The notes: generated from the letters alone by a model not told the origin. A DNA stretch of 64,000 nt from Patescibacteria group bacterium (GCA_041650715.1 JBAZKQ010000001.1:659913-723912), one strand, 5' to 3'. Numbered from the stretch's first letter, positions 36,206-44,933 are shown. Made by a program: numbers and translations.

Positions 36206-36886
36206 TTATTTTTCAACCCGGATTTTATCAAGATCGACTAAACTTTGGTTTTTAGAGGTTTCCGGGTTATAGGTCTTATAATATAATTCAATTAAGCTTT
36301 GCGTATCAAGACGGGCGACAGCGACGCCCATCGATTCCAGACCGCCAATGACGCTTTCTATCCGTCTTTCGAGCATCTCCTGATACTCGCGAAAAGTTTT
36401 TTCCTTTAACTTAATAATCGTAGCCGGTTTAAGCGCTTCGCTGATTGAACTGAAAAATCCTTTGCGCTTGTCGGTTAAGGGGTTATAGGGGACGACAATA
36501 TAAAAACGCTTATTCATTATTTTACCGAGCGAAGTTAATTCTTTTATATATTCGATATAATCGGCCGTCTGCACTTTCAAGAGCTTATTGGTCTGCTCCT
36601 TTTCCTTTTCTTTCAAATATTCTAAATAATTATCAATATCAAGTTCCCGCGATTGAATAACTATTTGCAAAGTAAAAGATAAATTATTTAAGAATCGCAC
36701 ATAAGAATCGATAACTGCGTTCTGCTCGTCTTCGCTTTTGAGCGCAAAATTAATACTCGAAACGAGTAAAACCGCCCGCAGGGTTCCATCCTTCATGACA
36801 ATCGTATTTTCTTTGATTTCCGCAATATCCAGATACTGCTGAGTAGAGACGGAAATGCTATTTTTGGCCATTGTACTTTTAGGCAT
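36206..36886 (-). CDS. Hypothetical T4SS-associated protein
   Basis: 226 aa with no TM. The N-terminal logic (LDIAEIKENTIVMKDGTLRAVLLVSSINF) loosely parallels the N-terminal domain of the adjacent VirB4-like protein. Lies 9 nt upstream of virB4. Confidence 0.4.
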   Translation of the reverse strand: MPKSTMAKNSISVSTQQYLDIAEIKENTIVMKDGTLRAVLLVSSINFALKSEDEQNAVIDSYVRFLNNLSFTLQIVIQSRELDIDNYLEYLKEKEKEQTNKLLKVQTADYIEYIKELTSLGKIMNKRFYIVVPYNPLTDKRKGFFSSISEALKPATIIKLKEKTFREYQEMLERRIESVIGGLESMGVAVARLDTQSLIELYYKTYNPETSKNQSLVDLDKIRVEK

Positions 36887-36891
36887 AAAAA

Positions 36892-37311
36892 TTATTCACC
36901 TTTATATCTTCCCTTCGTGTCGACCACGAGAGCGAGTTCCGCTAAGCGTGATTTTTTATAAAATTCTTTAGGCTCCGGTTTTGCCACGGGGGCAACAAAC
37001 GGGGTCTTATCAACTTCCGTGATCTCCGTCAGGCGATTATTCCAAACGCGCGTACCGGGACGGCGTATTGTCTGCGTCAGATTCAAAATAAAATAATGGA
37101 AGGGGCGCCCGTTCACTTTAACAAAAGAAAATAACGCGGCTATCCCGACAACCACGATGGTTATCGTTAAAAATAAAGAAAAATCAAAGAGCCGATAAGA
37201 AAGACCGACAATTACGGCCGCGGCCAATAGGATTAAAAACTGTCGGGTCGTGATGGGCCCAATAATTTTACTTTCGACATCGATAAATTGGGGTACGGTA
37301 AATTGTTGCAT
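36892..37311 (-). CDS. PrgI-family (VirB3-like) membrane protein
   Basis: MQQFTVPQFIDVESKIIGPITTRQFLILLAAAVIVG matches the PrgI-family N-terminal signature as I remember it. Two TM helices, 139 aa. Confidence 0.65.
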   Translation of the reverse strand: MQQFTVPQFIDVESKIIGPITTRQFLILLAAAVIVGLSYRLFDFSLFLTITIVVVGIAALFSFVKVNGRPFHYFILNLTQTIRRPGTRVWNNRLTEITEVDKTPFVAPVAKPEPKEFYKKSRLAELALVVDTKGRYKGE

Positions 37312-37314
37312 ATC

Positions 37315-38808
37315 TTAAAAAACTAATTTACTATTCATTTCCAGAATCGCTTCTATTTCCTCTAAACTCAAATTATCCTTATTATTTTTTTCTGCCTCGA
37401 GCGCAAAATCTTTCAGTTTCATGCCTTTACTCATGGCCGTCTGCACCATTTTCAAATAAAGCCGATTAACCGGACTTTGGCGCCAAGCGCGCACGCCTGC
37501 GACCATTTTATCATAGCCATCCGCTTCTAACAATTTAACCTTGGAAAATATTTTCGCGGTAATTTCGGCCGGGGTTTTCCCGAGACGGCGGAAATTCAAT
37601 AAATCGAGAAATTGGAGCTCCTCCAGCGGCCCCATCACTTTCGGCATCGGTTTAATATCGTGCATCACTTGCTTGGCAATTGAGGGCGCAAAAATTGGAC
37701 GCGCCGCTGCGACCGGCCGAGGGGCGGGATGAGGAATAATCGGCGACGTCGGCATTACGGAGACGACTGGCGGTACCGGAATAGCAGCTTTTTTATGGTT
37801 CATAAAACCGAACAGACCAGCTTTTTTCTCCGGCTTTTTGATGTGTTGCGCCGGGATATCGTTAACGGCAGATTTCACCGGTGGAGTAGTTTGCACCGGG
37901 ACAACTCTGGCTACGGGCTTAGCTAAGGTAGTCTGAGCAACCGGGGTGGCTGGGGCAACTGGAGTGACTGGAGCAGCTGGAGCAACCGGCTTGGGCGGTG
38001 CTACTGGCATTTTAGGCACAACCGGGGTGGCTGGGGCAACTGGCGCCAGAGGCAAATCCAATTCTTTTTCTGGAGCGCTTATTTCATGGCTGGTATCAAG
38101 TTTTGGCTGTTCTTTACTCGGCACTGGAACGGCACCTTCCGGTTTTTTAATCTGACCGCTTGCGAGGGCTTGTTTTAAGTTATATTCCCCGCCCGCCGCT
38201 CCGTCCGCTAATGCGATTATTTTATCAAGCCGTGTCTGCGGCGCCGGCAGCTTGCTGACAGTCGCCAAATTTACCTCTAAGCTCTTAAATGTTTTCTGTT
38301 CACAAACTTTAAAAACGCGGTCAATTTCCGCCGCACCTAAATTAAGGCCGCCCAGATTAATTGGTTTCGCCATCGTATCGCGCGCCGCCAGCTTGCTCCT
38401 GATACCCTTTAAATAAGTGGAGAGCACACTCTTGAATCGCCCCACTAAATCGCTGCTCGGCAGGACCAGGGCGGCGTCAGACATAATTAAATTAATATCC
38501 GTATCGAGATCATAAGCTTTAATCTGTTTGCCTAAACCGAGATAGTCTGAAACACCCACAAAAACTTGAGCTACCAGATCTTTAACTAAATTTTCCGCTG
38601 CCGTCTGGCTTAAATTAAAATCACTGATAAAATAGGCCGCTAAATTATTTACGGTTATACTTTTAATCATCACTTTCATGACCGCCATCGCCAAATCAAC
38701 CTGATATTTTTTTTCCAGTTCGGCTAAAGCCGACATAACCAAAGGCCCGGAAACTTTTTCCCGTATTTCTTTAGGTAAATTATTGAATTGTTGCAAATAA
38801 TCAAACAT
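37315..38808 (-). CDS. Hypothetical protein with a central Pro/Ala/Val-rich repeat
   Basis: 497 aa with the PVAPATPVVPKMPVAPPKPVAPAAPVTPVAPATPVAQ tract. The N-terminus is paralogous to the next gene. Confidence 0.55.
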   Translation of the reverse strand: MFDYLQQFNNLPKEIREKVSGPLVMSALAELEKKYQVDLAMAVMKVMIKSITVNNLAAYFISDFNLSQTAAENLVKDLVAQVFVGVSDYLGLGKQIKAYDLDTDINLIMSDAALVLPSSDLVGRFKSVLSTYLKGIRSKLAARDTMAKPINLGGLNLGAAEIDRVFKVCEQKTFKSLEVNLATVSKLPAPQTRLDKIIALADGAAGGEYNLKQALASGQIKKPEGAVPVPSKEQPKLDTSHEISAPEKELDLPLAPVAPATPVVPKMPVAPPKPVAPAAPVTPVAPATPVAQTTLAKPVARVVPVQTTPPVKSAVNDIPAQHIKKPEKKAGLFGFMNHKKAAIPVPPVVSVMPTSPIIPHPAPRPVAAARPIFAPSIAKQVMHDIKPMPKVMGPLEELQFLDLLNFRRLGKTPAEITAKIFSKVKLLEADGYDKMVAGVRAWRQSPVNRLYLKMVQTAMSKGMKLKDFALEAEKNNKDNLSLEEIEAILEMNSKLVF

Positions 38809-38823
38809 GAGAAAAGGCCAAAT

Positions 38824-39888
38824 TTATTTTTTCTTTTTTAAACGCTCAATTTCTTGGGCCACTGCCTTATACTCGAGGCTGCCGGGAGTATAATTCACTA
38901 AATCGGCTTTCAATTCTTCAAGCGGACTCAGGATTTGCGGGGGCGTCTCGACAGCGCGCGGCTCCGTCAGGGCGTCTTGTACTACTCTCGGCCCAACGGC
39001 TTTTTCGGCCGGAATAATTTGCCACTCTTCGACTGCTCGTTTAGCCATACTCTCCGGAAAAAAAGCTAAATTGCGATAGAGCTGCAAGAGTTTGCGTAGC
39101 AGCTCTTTTTCAATTTTATTTAAGTTCTTCGCATTGTGCGAGGTACTCAAATATTGGGCTAAAACTAATTCATCAAATATTTCACTGCCGTTAATTTTAA
39201 TAAAATCTTTAAGCCAGTTAGAAACGCTTGGCGCGACTTCGCGATCATCAAGCGATAAATGGTTGGCGCTCAAAAGCTCTTCACTCGCTAATAAAACTCT
39301 AAGCGCCTCGTTCTTGAAGCCACCGTCATTATTTAATAAATAGATCAAGCCACCATTTAAAGTAGCCGTTGCTTCCGGGCTATCTACCGATAAAAGCTCA
39401 ACCAAGTTATTGGAAAATAGATCAAGAGCATAAATTTTTTCTTCTTTAGGATCAACGGTTTTTTCATGTAGAGCGATCGCCTCTTCCAGTTCTTTAAAAT
39501 TATTATCTTCAATCACTTCAAAAAATTCGGAAACATACTTTTGGTAATCTTCCGGCTTTCCGCCACTACGGACCAATTCATTTTTAATTTCTTCGGTTTT
39601 TATATAGGGGCTGATTGGCATTAAAATCCGACCGATGAAATCACGGAAAAAACCATTGATCTGCGTTCCCGCCAAATTAAGCATGTTTATTTCCTTGTGC
39701 AATGAAACAAAATCAAAATTAGTGTTAACCGCTGAAAATACTAAATCATAAACCCGGTCTGCCCCAATTTTATATTCATTAGCCAAACTTAAAATAGCTT
39801 GTCCGGAAATTTCCTGGCTAAAATAAAACTGCACTTCCGGGGAAAGATTATTGAATTGATCGGAGAATTGTTTTGGTTCTGAAATCAT
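38824..39888 (-). CDS. Hypothetical protein (N-terminal module shared with 37315..38808)
   Basis: 354 aa. QFNNLSPEV here matches QFNNLPKEI in the neighbouring gene. Confidence 0.55.
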   Translation of the reverse strand: MISEPKQFSDQFNNLSPEVQFYFSQEISGQAILSLANEYKIGADRVYDLVFSAVNTNFDFVSLHKEINMLNLAGTQINGFFRDFIGRILMPISPYIKTEEIKNELVRSGGKPEDYQKYVSEFFEVIEDNNFKELEEAIALHEKTVDPKEEKIYALDLFSNNLVELLSVDSPEATATLNGGLIYLLNNDGGFKNEALRVLLASEELLSANHLSLDDREVAPSVSNWLKDFIKINGSEIFDELVLAQYLSTSHNAKNLNKIEKELLRKLLQLYRNLAFFPESMAKRAVEEWQIIPAEKAVGPRVVQDALTEPRAVETPPQILSPLEELKADLVNYTPGSLEYKAVAQEIERLKKKK

Positions 39889-39909
39889 AAATATTTATTA
39901 CCCAATAAA

Positions 39910-42609
39910 TTAGGGCTGAGGATTAGGAGTAACGGGCGGCGTTTGCGGTGGGGTATTGGTCGGGCCGCCAGTATTTCCCGCGCTGCCACCTTTGGACTGG
40001 GTTTTTTTATTTTGTCCGGGCGCATTCCCTGGCGTTTGGTTAACCTTGACGTCGATGCCTAATTTAACGCGCATATCTTTAATCGCTGGCGCATTCCCCT
40101 CTAATTCGTTCTTGGCGTTTTCAAACATATCAACTTTATTCGTTCCGGAATAACCGGCCACAGCTCCCTTAATCGCCTCTTGCTGCTCGGCCGTTCCCTT
40201 TCTAAATATCTCAGAAATATCTTCCATGGAATATTTACCTAAGGCTTTTTCTTTCCCGGCCTGATCATCGTCAAAGGCATAATTTAAATCCTTAATCATA
40301 CCCAATTTTTCTTTACCGGCCTGAGATTCGTCTTTCTTTAAGAAGCTAACAATACTATCCTTCTTCGCCTGGCTTTTAAGTCCCTTAAATTGCTTGGCGA
40401 ATTCACCGTTGCGCATCGTATTGGCCAAATAAGTCATAGATTTTTCTAAACTGCCGGAATCCATATCAAGACTATAAACCCCTTGTTCAATGCGATCCTT
40501 GACCGTTCTTTCGGCCGCGGCTTTTTTGGCTTCGGCGGCGGCTTTTTTAGCCGGATCAGTACTCATTAAATCAGGATTATTTTTCGCGGCGGCTAAAGTT
40601 TCAAAAGTCTTACTCCCACCCGGCATTTTATTATCGAACATATTTTCGACGTAGCTGCCGAGTTTCTTGTCCCGCCATTTTCCATCTTTAGTTGAACCGC
40701 CCATGGTTTGTTTGATTTCTTCTTTTTTATTGGTCGCATCGTTAATCGAAAGCAAACCGCGATCAAGCGCCTCTAAAGAGGCGGCAGCGCGCACAAAGGC
40801 GCTCTTAGAAGAATCATCCATCGTGGCTAAAACATCTTCACTACTATCCGCCTTCATTTTATCTTTGGCTTCCGAAATCTGACGCGCCCGATAATTTGAA
40901 GCCAAACCTAAATCAGTTTCACCGGCATGCTTAACTGTTTTTCCGAGTTGTGGGACACCGATACCAAAGGCTGCAGCTCCAGCTACGCCCAGCAAACCCA
41001 CCCCGCCCGTAGCGATACCAGCAACACCGCCGACCACCGCCATACCAGCTTTAACAAATTTATCTCTCGTATTTTGTTTTTTACGGAATTCTTTTGATTT
41101 ATTTTCACTGGCCGTTGCCTCAGTTTCAAGCGGATTAACTTTGCTATCCAAATATTTATCCATGCCTTTTTGGTCCATGGTTTCAGTCGGATTATCAGTG
41201 TTCTTCCATTTTCTACTCTTTTTATCATAGCTAAATTTTTTACCATCAATAACACCGTCTCGGCGGAAATCAGATTTAATAATATCGGCCTGCTGTCTCA
41301 ATTCTTTTGCTTTCGCTGCTTCAGCTTGTGCGGTTACACCGGCTCGGCCGACAGTTTTATTGCGAACCCAGGTAGCACTTTGATTAACCGGGGTCATGGC
41401 TTTTTGCTTAACTATGCCAATCCCGCCCGCCAATCTTTCCGCACCCATCTTAAACTTTTCTTCACGCTTGGCTTTGCGCTGCGAGCTATAACTCTTAAGA
41501 ACTCCAGACGCGTAGCGATAACCCGTTACCGCTGCGACCCCACCCATACCAACCTTTGCTCCAGTTTGAATCGCACCCATCCCCTTCCCGGCCATACTGC
41601 CGGCCGCACCACCGATTTCCTGAGATATTTTTAAGCCACCGAGAAGCATCCCGATAGCAATGATAAATCTGATAAAAACTTCCGGTGTCGAAGCATTAGT
41701 AGCACCAATATTTCCGGTATCAGTGCTTTGTATACCAGCCTGCGCAGCAACTTGCTGCGTATTTAAACTATCCGTCGGAAAATCTCCTTTAATATTCTGG
41801 GTCTGTAAAGAAACAAAAGACAACCAGATAAAAAAAGCGAGGACCGGACCGACGATTAAATTTTTTGTAAATTCACTCCACCACTGGCTCGCATATTTCT
41901 GCCCCCCCGGGAAAGCGGAAAATAAATAAGCGGCCGGAGATAAGACAACGTAAATCCAAATCATCACAATACGCATCACGAGCATCGCGAGCATCGTGAC
42001 TATAACCACCAGCGCGATCAGAATATAAATGAGACCCAAAACATAGGCGCCGACAATTGCCCAAAAACCGACATCAGTATTATTATCGGCGAGAGTCAGA
42101 ATTTGCGTAATGCCTAAATTTTCTATTAAATTTCCGGCAGCAATCGATTTAAACGCGTTAACGAAAGTGAGCATAATAACCTGCGCGAAATCAATCAGTA
42201 AACCGCAAATCGTTTTAGAAAAATTAATTAAGATAGCCATCAAAATCAATTTCGGCAGCCACTTCTTATAATTATAATTTTCAATTTTTAAAATTGTGGC
42301 GAAAGCGATAATCAGCAAGACTAAAACAAAAAACATATTGCAGATATCGCGCACGATATGCCAGCCGTTACTGACTGCCGGCGAGTTTATGAAATTACTG
42401 TATTGGGCGACGGCAATGAGCGCCTGCATCACTAATACCAAGATTAATCCGAGAGCACCGATTATCCAACCGATAAGACCACCCAAAATTTCACCAGCCC
42501 ACTGACTGCCGGTAAGGGCGTGCGCTGGAGCGGCCAAGAAAAAAATACCGACTCCTAAACTTATTGTGAGTAGATAAGGAAATATTTTTTTCTTATTTTT
42601 TAATATCAT
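39910..42609 (-). CDS. Polytopic membrane protein, VirB6/TrbL-like N-terminal half with a long hydrophilic C-terminal extension
   Basis: Signal-like N-terminus and at least 6 TM helices in the first ~340 aa. A Lys/Ala/Gly-rich ~550-aa tail ends in a Pro-rich stretch, GPTNTPPQTPPVTPNPQP. Confidence 0.5.
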   Translation of the reverse strand: MILKNKKKIFPYLLTISLGVGIFFLAAPAHALTGSQWAGEILGGLIGWIIGALGLILVLVMQALIAVAQYSNFINSPAVSNGWHIVRDICNMFFVLVLLIIAFATILKIENYNYKKWLPKLILMAILINFSKTICGLLIDFAQVIMLTFVNAFKSIAAGNLIENLGITQILTLADNNTDVGFWAIVGAYVLGLIYILIALVVIVTMLAMLVMRIVMIWIYVVLSPAAYLFSAFPGGQKYASQWWSEFTKNLIVGPVLAFFIWLSFVSLQTQNIKGDFPTDSLNTQQVAAQAGIQSTDTGNIGATNASTPEVFIRFIIAIGMLLGGLKISQEIGGAAGSMAGKGMGAIQTGAKVGMGGVAAVTGYRYASGVLKSYSSQRKAKREEKFKMGAERLAGGIGIVKQKAMTPVNQSATWVRNKTVGRAGVTAQAEAAKAKELRQQADIIKSDFRRDGVIDGKKFSYDKKSRKWKNTDNPTETMDQKGMDKYLDSKVNPLETEATASENKSKEFRKKQNTRDKFVKAGMAVVGGVAGIATGGVGLLGVAGAAAFGIGVPQLGKTVKHAGETDLGLASNYRARQISEAKDKMKADSSEDVLATMDDSSKSAFVRAAASLEALDRGLLSINDATNKKEEIKQTMGGSTKDGKWRDKKLGSYVENMFDNKMPGGSKTFETLAAAKNNPDLMSTDPAKKAAAEAKKAAAERTVKDRIEQGVYSLDMDSGSLEKSMTYLANTMRNGEFAKQFKGLKSQAKKDSIVSFLKKDESQAGKEKLGMIKDLNYAFDDDQAGKEKALGKYSMEDISEIFRKGTAEQQEAIKGAVAGYSGTNKVDMFENAKNELEGNAPAIKDMRVKLGIDVKVNQTPGNAPGQNKKTQSKGGSAGNTGGPTNTPPQTPPVTPNPQP

Positions 42610-42618
42610 AAATATAAA

Positions 42619-42852
42619 TTATTTTCCTCCCACAAGCGCGTGCCAAAGAGTACCCAGGGCGATGCTAAGCGCATCCAGGGGATTAGCAATCCCCGAGACA
42701 ATCATCGAAATTAAAGCCAAAACTCCGAGAACAATAAATAAGCAACCGAGATTTAAACAACAACAACCCGCTTTTTCGCCGATACCGACTGCTTTGGTCG
42801 CTTCCGCCATTGGATTTTCACTGACATTTTCTGAACTATTTTCTCCCGCCAT
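42619..42852 (-). CDS. Small hydrophobic protein (possible VirB2-like pilin subunit, speculative)
   Basis: 77 aa. An acidic N-terminus is followed by the AGCCCLNLGCLFIVLGVLALISMIVSGIA hydrophobic segment. Confidence 0.35.
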   Translation of the reverse strand: MAGENSSENVSENPMAEATKAVGIGEKAGCCCLNLGCLFIVLGVLALISMIVSGIANPLDALSIALGTLWHALVGGK

Positions 42853-42871
42853 ATTTTTATTATTTTATCGG

Positions 42872-43306
42872 TCAGACCGGTTTTTTCGGTATCCATTCTT
42901 CTCCTAAATCCGGAATTAATTTTTCGCCAAAAACCATTCGTAAAAAAACGATGGCATCAATCGCAAAAAGCGAAAGACCAAAAGTAGGAATGAGATTAAG
43001 CCAGGACCAACGGAGTGCACCGGCCATTCCCTTTTTAGTCGGTGACAAAGCGGCCGTTACCATTTTACTCGCTCCCGCTTTCAAACCGCGTTGGCGTTTG
43101 GCTTCCATTATATCGGCCCGTAAATCACCCCGCGAAATACCGCTTCCTCCGCCCTTTTGCGCCTCGCGTAACGCAGCAACGCGATCGGATGAAGAATTTT
43201 CCTCTTCATTACCATAATCAGGCGCATCACTTCTTAAGTCATCCGCCTTTTCGCTTGCTTCGTTACCGCGCTCAATAAGTTCGTCGTCCAGCGCCATAAT
43301 TTTCAA
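42872..43306 (-). CDS. Hypothetical protein with C-terminal TM, first gene of the T4SS-like operon
   Basis: The track start is TTG. ATG at 43297 (MALDDELIERG) is more likely. Acidic N-terminal half, with a TM at LNLIPTFGLSLFAIDAIVFL. Confidence 0.5.
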   Translation of the reverse strand: MKIMALDDELIERGNEASEKADDLRSDAPDYGNEEENSSSDRVAALREAQKGGGSGISRGDLRADIMEAKRQRGLKAGASKMVTAALSPTKKGMAGALRWSWLNLIPTFGLSLFAIDAIVFLRMVFGEKLIPDLGEEWIPKKPV

Positions 43307-43331
43307 AAAAATTTCCGTACCTTACTCTAAA

Positions 43332-43360
43332 ATTATACAATAAAATAGAAAGAAAGGCAA
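43332..43360 (-). promoter_or_regulatory. Candidate promoter of the T4SS-like operon
   Basis: On the minus strand: TTGCCT (43360-43355), 17 nt, TATAAT (43337-43332), directly after a terminator hairpin. Confidence 0.45.
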
Positions 43361-43368
43361 AACAAAAA

Positions 43369-43415
43369 CCGTCTAAGTTTTCCCTTTATACTCGCAGTAT
43401 ATTCGGCTTAGACGG
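43369..43415 (-). terminator. Two-tier hairpin terminator
   Basis: Outer stem ccgtctaag/cttagacgg and inner stem tatact/agtata. T-runs sit on both sides. Confidence 0.6.
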
Positions 43416-43442
43416 TTTTTAGAGAAGCTTAATAAACAAAGT

Positions 43443-43868
43443 TTAATAATGGGTCACAATATCTGCATCGCTGCTAATTAATTTATAGACCGAAACCGTA
43501 CCGCTGGCGCTTCTTTCAATAACTTGAATCTTATAGGCGAGAGGAATTTGCATCGCTTCTTTTTCGGCATCAGTCATAAACTCGGGTGTAAGCGTCTTTT
43601 CATCGTTTAGAGCTACTAATTGATAGGCAGTCGCTTTCCCAGCCTCGTCTCGCGCCGAAACTTCATAGACGCCTAAATGATAGAGGCCGAGCGAAGCCGC
43701 TTCTTGCGGGCTCATAATATCCTGCTTCTTATAATCAATCGTCTTATTGCTAAAGCCCTTGTTGCCGATGCCCCTAATCAAAAGGAAATAATAAGATAGG
43801 GTTAGGAGTAGAACAACGAGAACGGCAATGATAATTATTCTTAGATATTTTTTCTTCATATTTAGCAA
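43443..43868 (-). CDS. Hypothetical membrane-anchored protein
   Basis: 141 aa with an N-terminal TM (IIIIAVLVVLLLTLSYYFLLI). Confidence 0.5.
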   Translation of the reverse strand: MLNMKKKYLRIIIIAVLVVLLLTLSYYFLLIRGIGNKGFSNKTIDYKKQDIMSPQEAASLGLYHLGVYEVSARDEAGKATAYQLVALNDEKTLTPEFMTDAEKEAMQIPLAYKIQVIERSASGTVSVYKLISSDADIVTHY

Positions 43869-43898
43869 AATTAATTTAAACGATTAATTTTTTAAATT

Positions 43899-44789
43899 TT
43901 ATTGACCCCAATATCCACCCGGACAATTCCAAGCGCAATCAACGCTGCACAAACCGCAATTACAAGGGAAAGAATAGCAATAGTCTGTGTTCGGTATTGC
44001 CCAATTATAATTTACACAAGTTTGAGGGCAATCTGTAGTACAGGCCGCGGGAACTGTATTAGTTGTCGTACACGCCGTAGCACAGGTAGTATCACAAGCT
44101 GTTGGTGGCGGTACCGTGTATCCAGTATTACAGTTTTGCGTACAGTCAACGGCGCAGAGATTCCAACCGCATGGATCTGGCAGAAAACTGGCGGTTACGG
44201 CATGGCTCACCGTCACGTTAGTATCGGTCCGCGGATTAGCGGTTGAACCGTCGCTCCACATATTAAAAGCATAACCGTAGTTAGGAACTACCGTTACGGC
44301 CGTACCCGATCCATTTAAAGCCACAGCCTGACTTGTACTTCCGGTCAAAGTTCCGTTTAAACCGGTAAAATAGTCTAAATGATAGGCGCTGCATGCGCTC
44401 AAACAGTCGCCGCAATTCGCGCACGTCTCTCCGCCTGCACTATTGCAGGAACCATCAAGGCAACATGGTGTTTTTACGGCTACCCCGGGAACACCAACGG
44501 CCAATACTTTATTATAGAAAGAAGTCCATTCACCATGCGTTTTATTAGGCAAAAAATAATCAGACGCAGAAGTGTTGGTATAACAAACGGCAGCGCTTTC
44601 GAAACTAACGTTATCAGCTGCTTTAGGAGAAAATGGTAGCATTGGAACATTTTTACCAGGAACTCTATAAGAATTCTCTTGTATGGGACCCGTGGCGCCT
44701 GAATCAAAAATAGGGATAATTATTAATAATAGAAAAATAGCAACCCCAAAAAAACTATAAAATTTAACAAATAATTTAGCTGCTTTCAT
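43899..44789 (-). CDS. Secreted Cys-rich protein with one InlB B-repeat-like module and a Cys-dense C-terminal tail
   Basis: N-terminal signal/TM. VVPNYGYAFNMWSDGSTANPRTDTNVTVSHAVTASF resembles the divergent InlB B-repeat pattern. I count 16 Cys in the last ~90 aa. Confidence 0.55.
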   Translation of the reverse strand: MKAAKLFVKFYSFFGVAIFLLLIIIPIFDSGATGPIQENSYRVPGKNVPMLPFSPKAADNVSFESAAVCYTNTSASDYFLPNKTHGEWTSFYNKVLAVGVPGVAVKTPCCLDGSCNSAGGETCANCGDCLSACSAYHLDYFTGLNGTLTGSTSQAVALNGSGTAVTVVPNYGYAFNMWSDGSTANPRTDTNVTVSHAVTASFLPDPCGWNLCAVDCTQNCNTGYTVPPPTACDTTCATACTTTNTVPAACTTDCPQTCVNYNWAIPNTDYCYSFPCNCGLCSVDCAWNCPGGYWGQ

Positions 44790-44889
44790 ATTTTTTAAAA
44801 AAAGTTTTATTTGATTTTTTAAAGTTTTATATTGTTATTATAGCACAATTCCCAAAATCAACCAATAATGTTAACAGGCTTGTGGATAA

Positions 44890-44920
44890 ATAAAAAAGAG
44901 ATGCTGTTAAGAACATCTCT
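44890..44920 (-). terminator. Intrinsic terminator after the FISUMP lipoprotein gene
   Basis: Minus strand: agagatg-ttcttaacag-catctct followed by TTTTTTATTT. Confidence 0.7.
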
Positions 44921-44933
44921 TATAATGGAACTC

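Noticed and set aside
6158-41634. Other sizeable antisense ORFs: 6158..6631 (157 aa), 13698..14201 (167 aa, opposite pilM) and 41170..41634 (154 aa, opposite the VirB6-like gene).
   Set aside because: Each overlaps a confidently called gene on the other strand and lacks any recognisable motif. They are treated as shadow ORFs.
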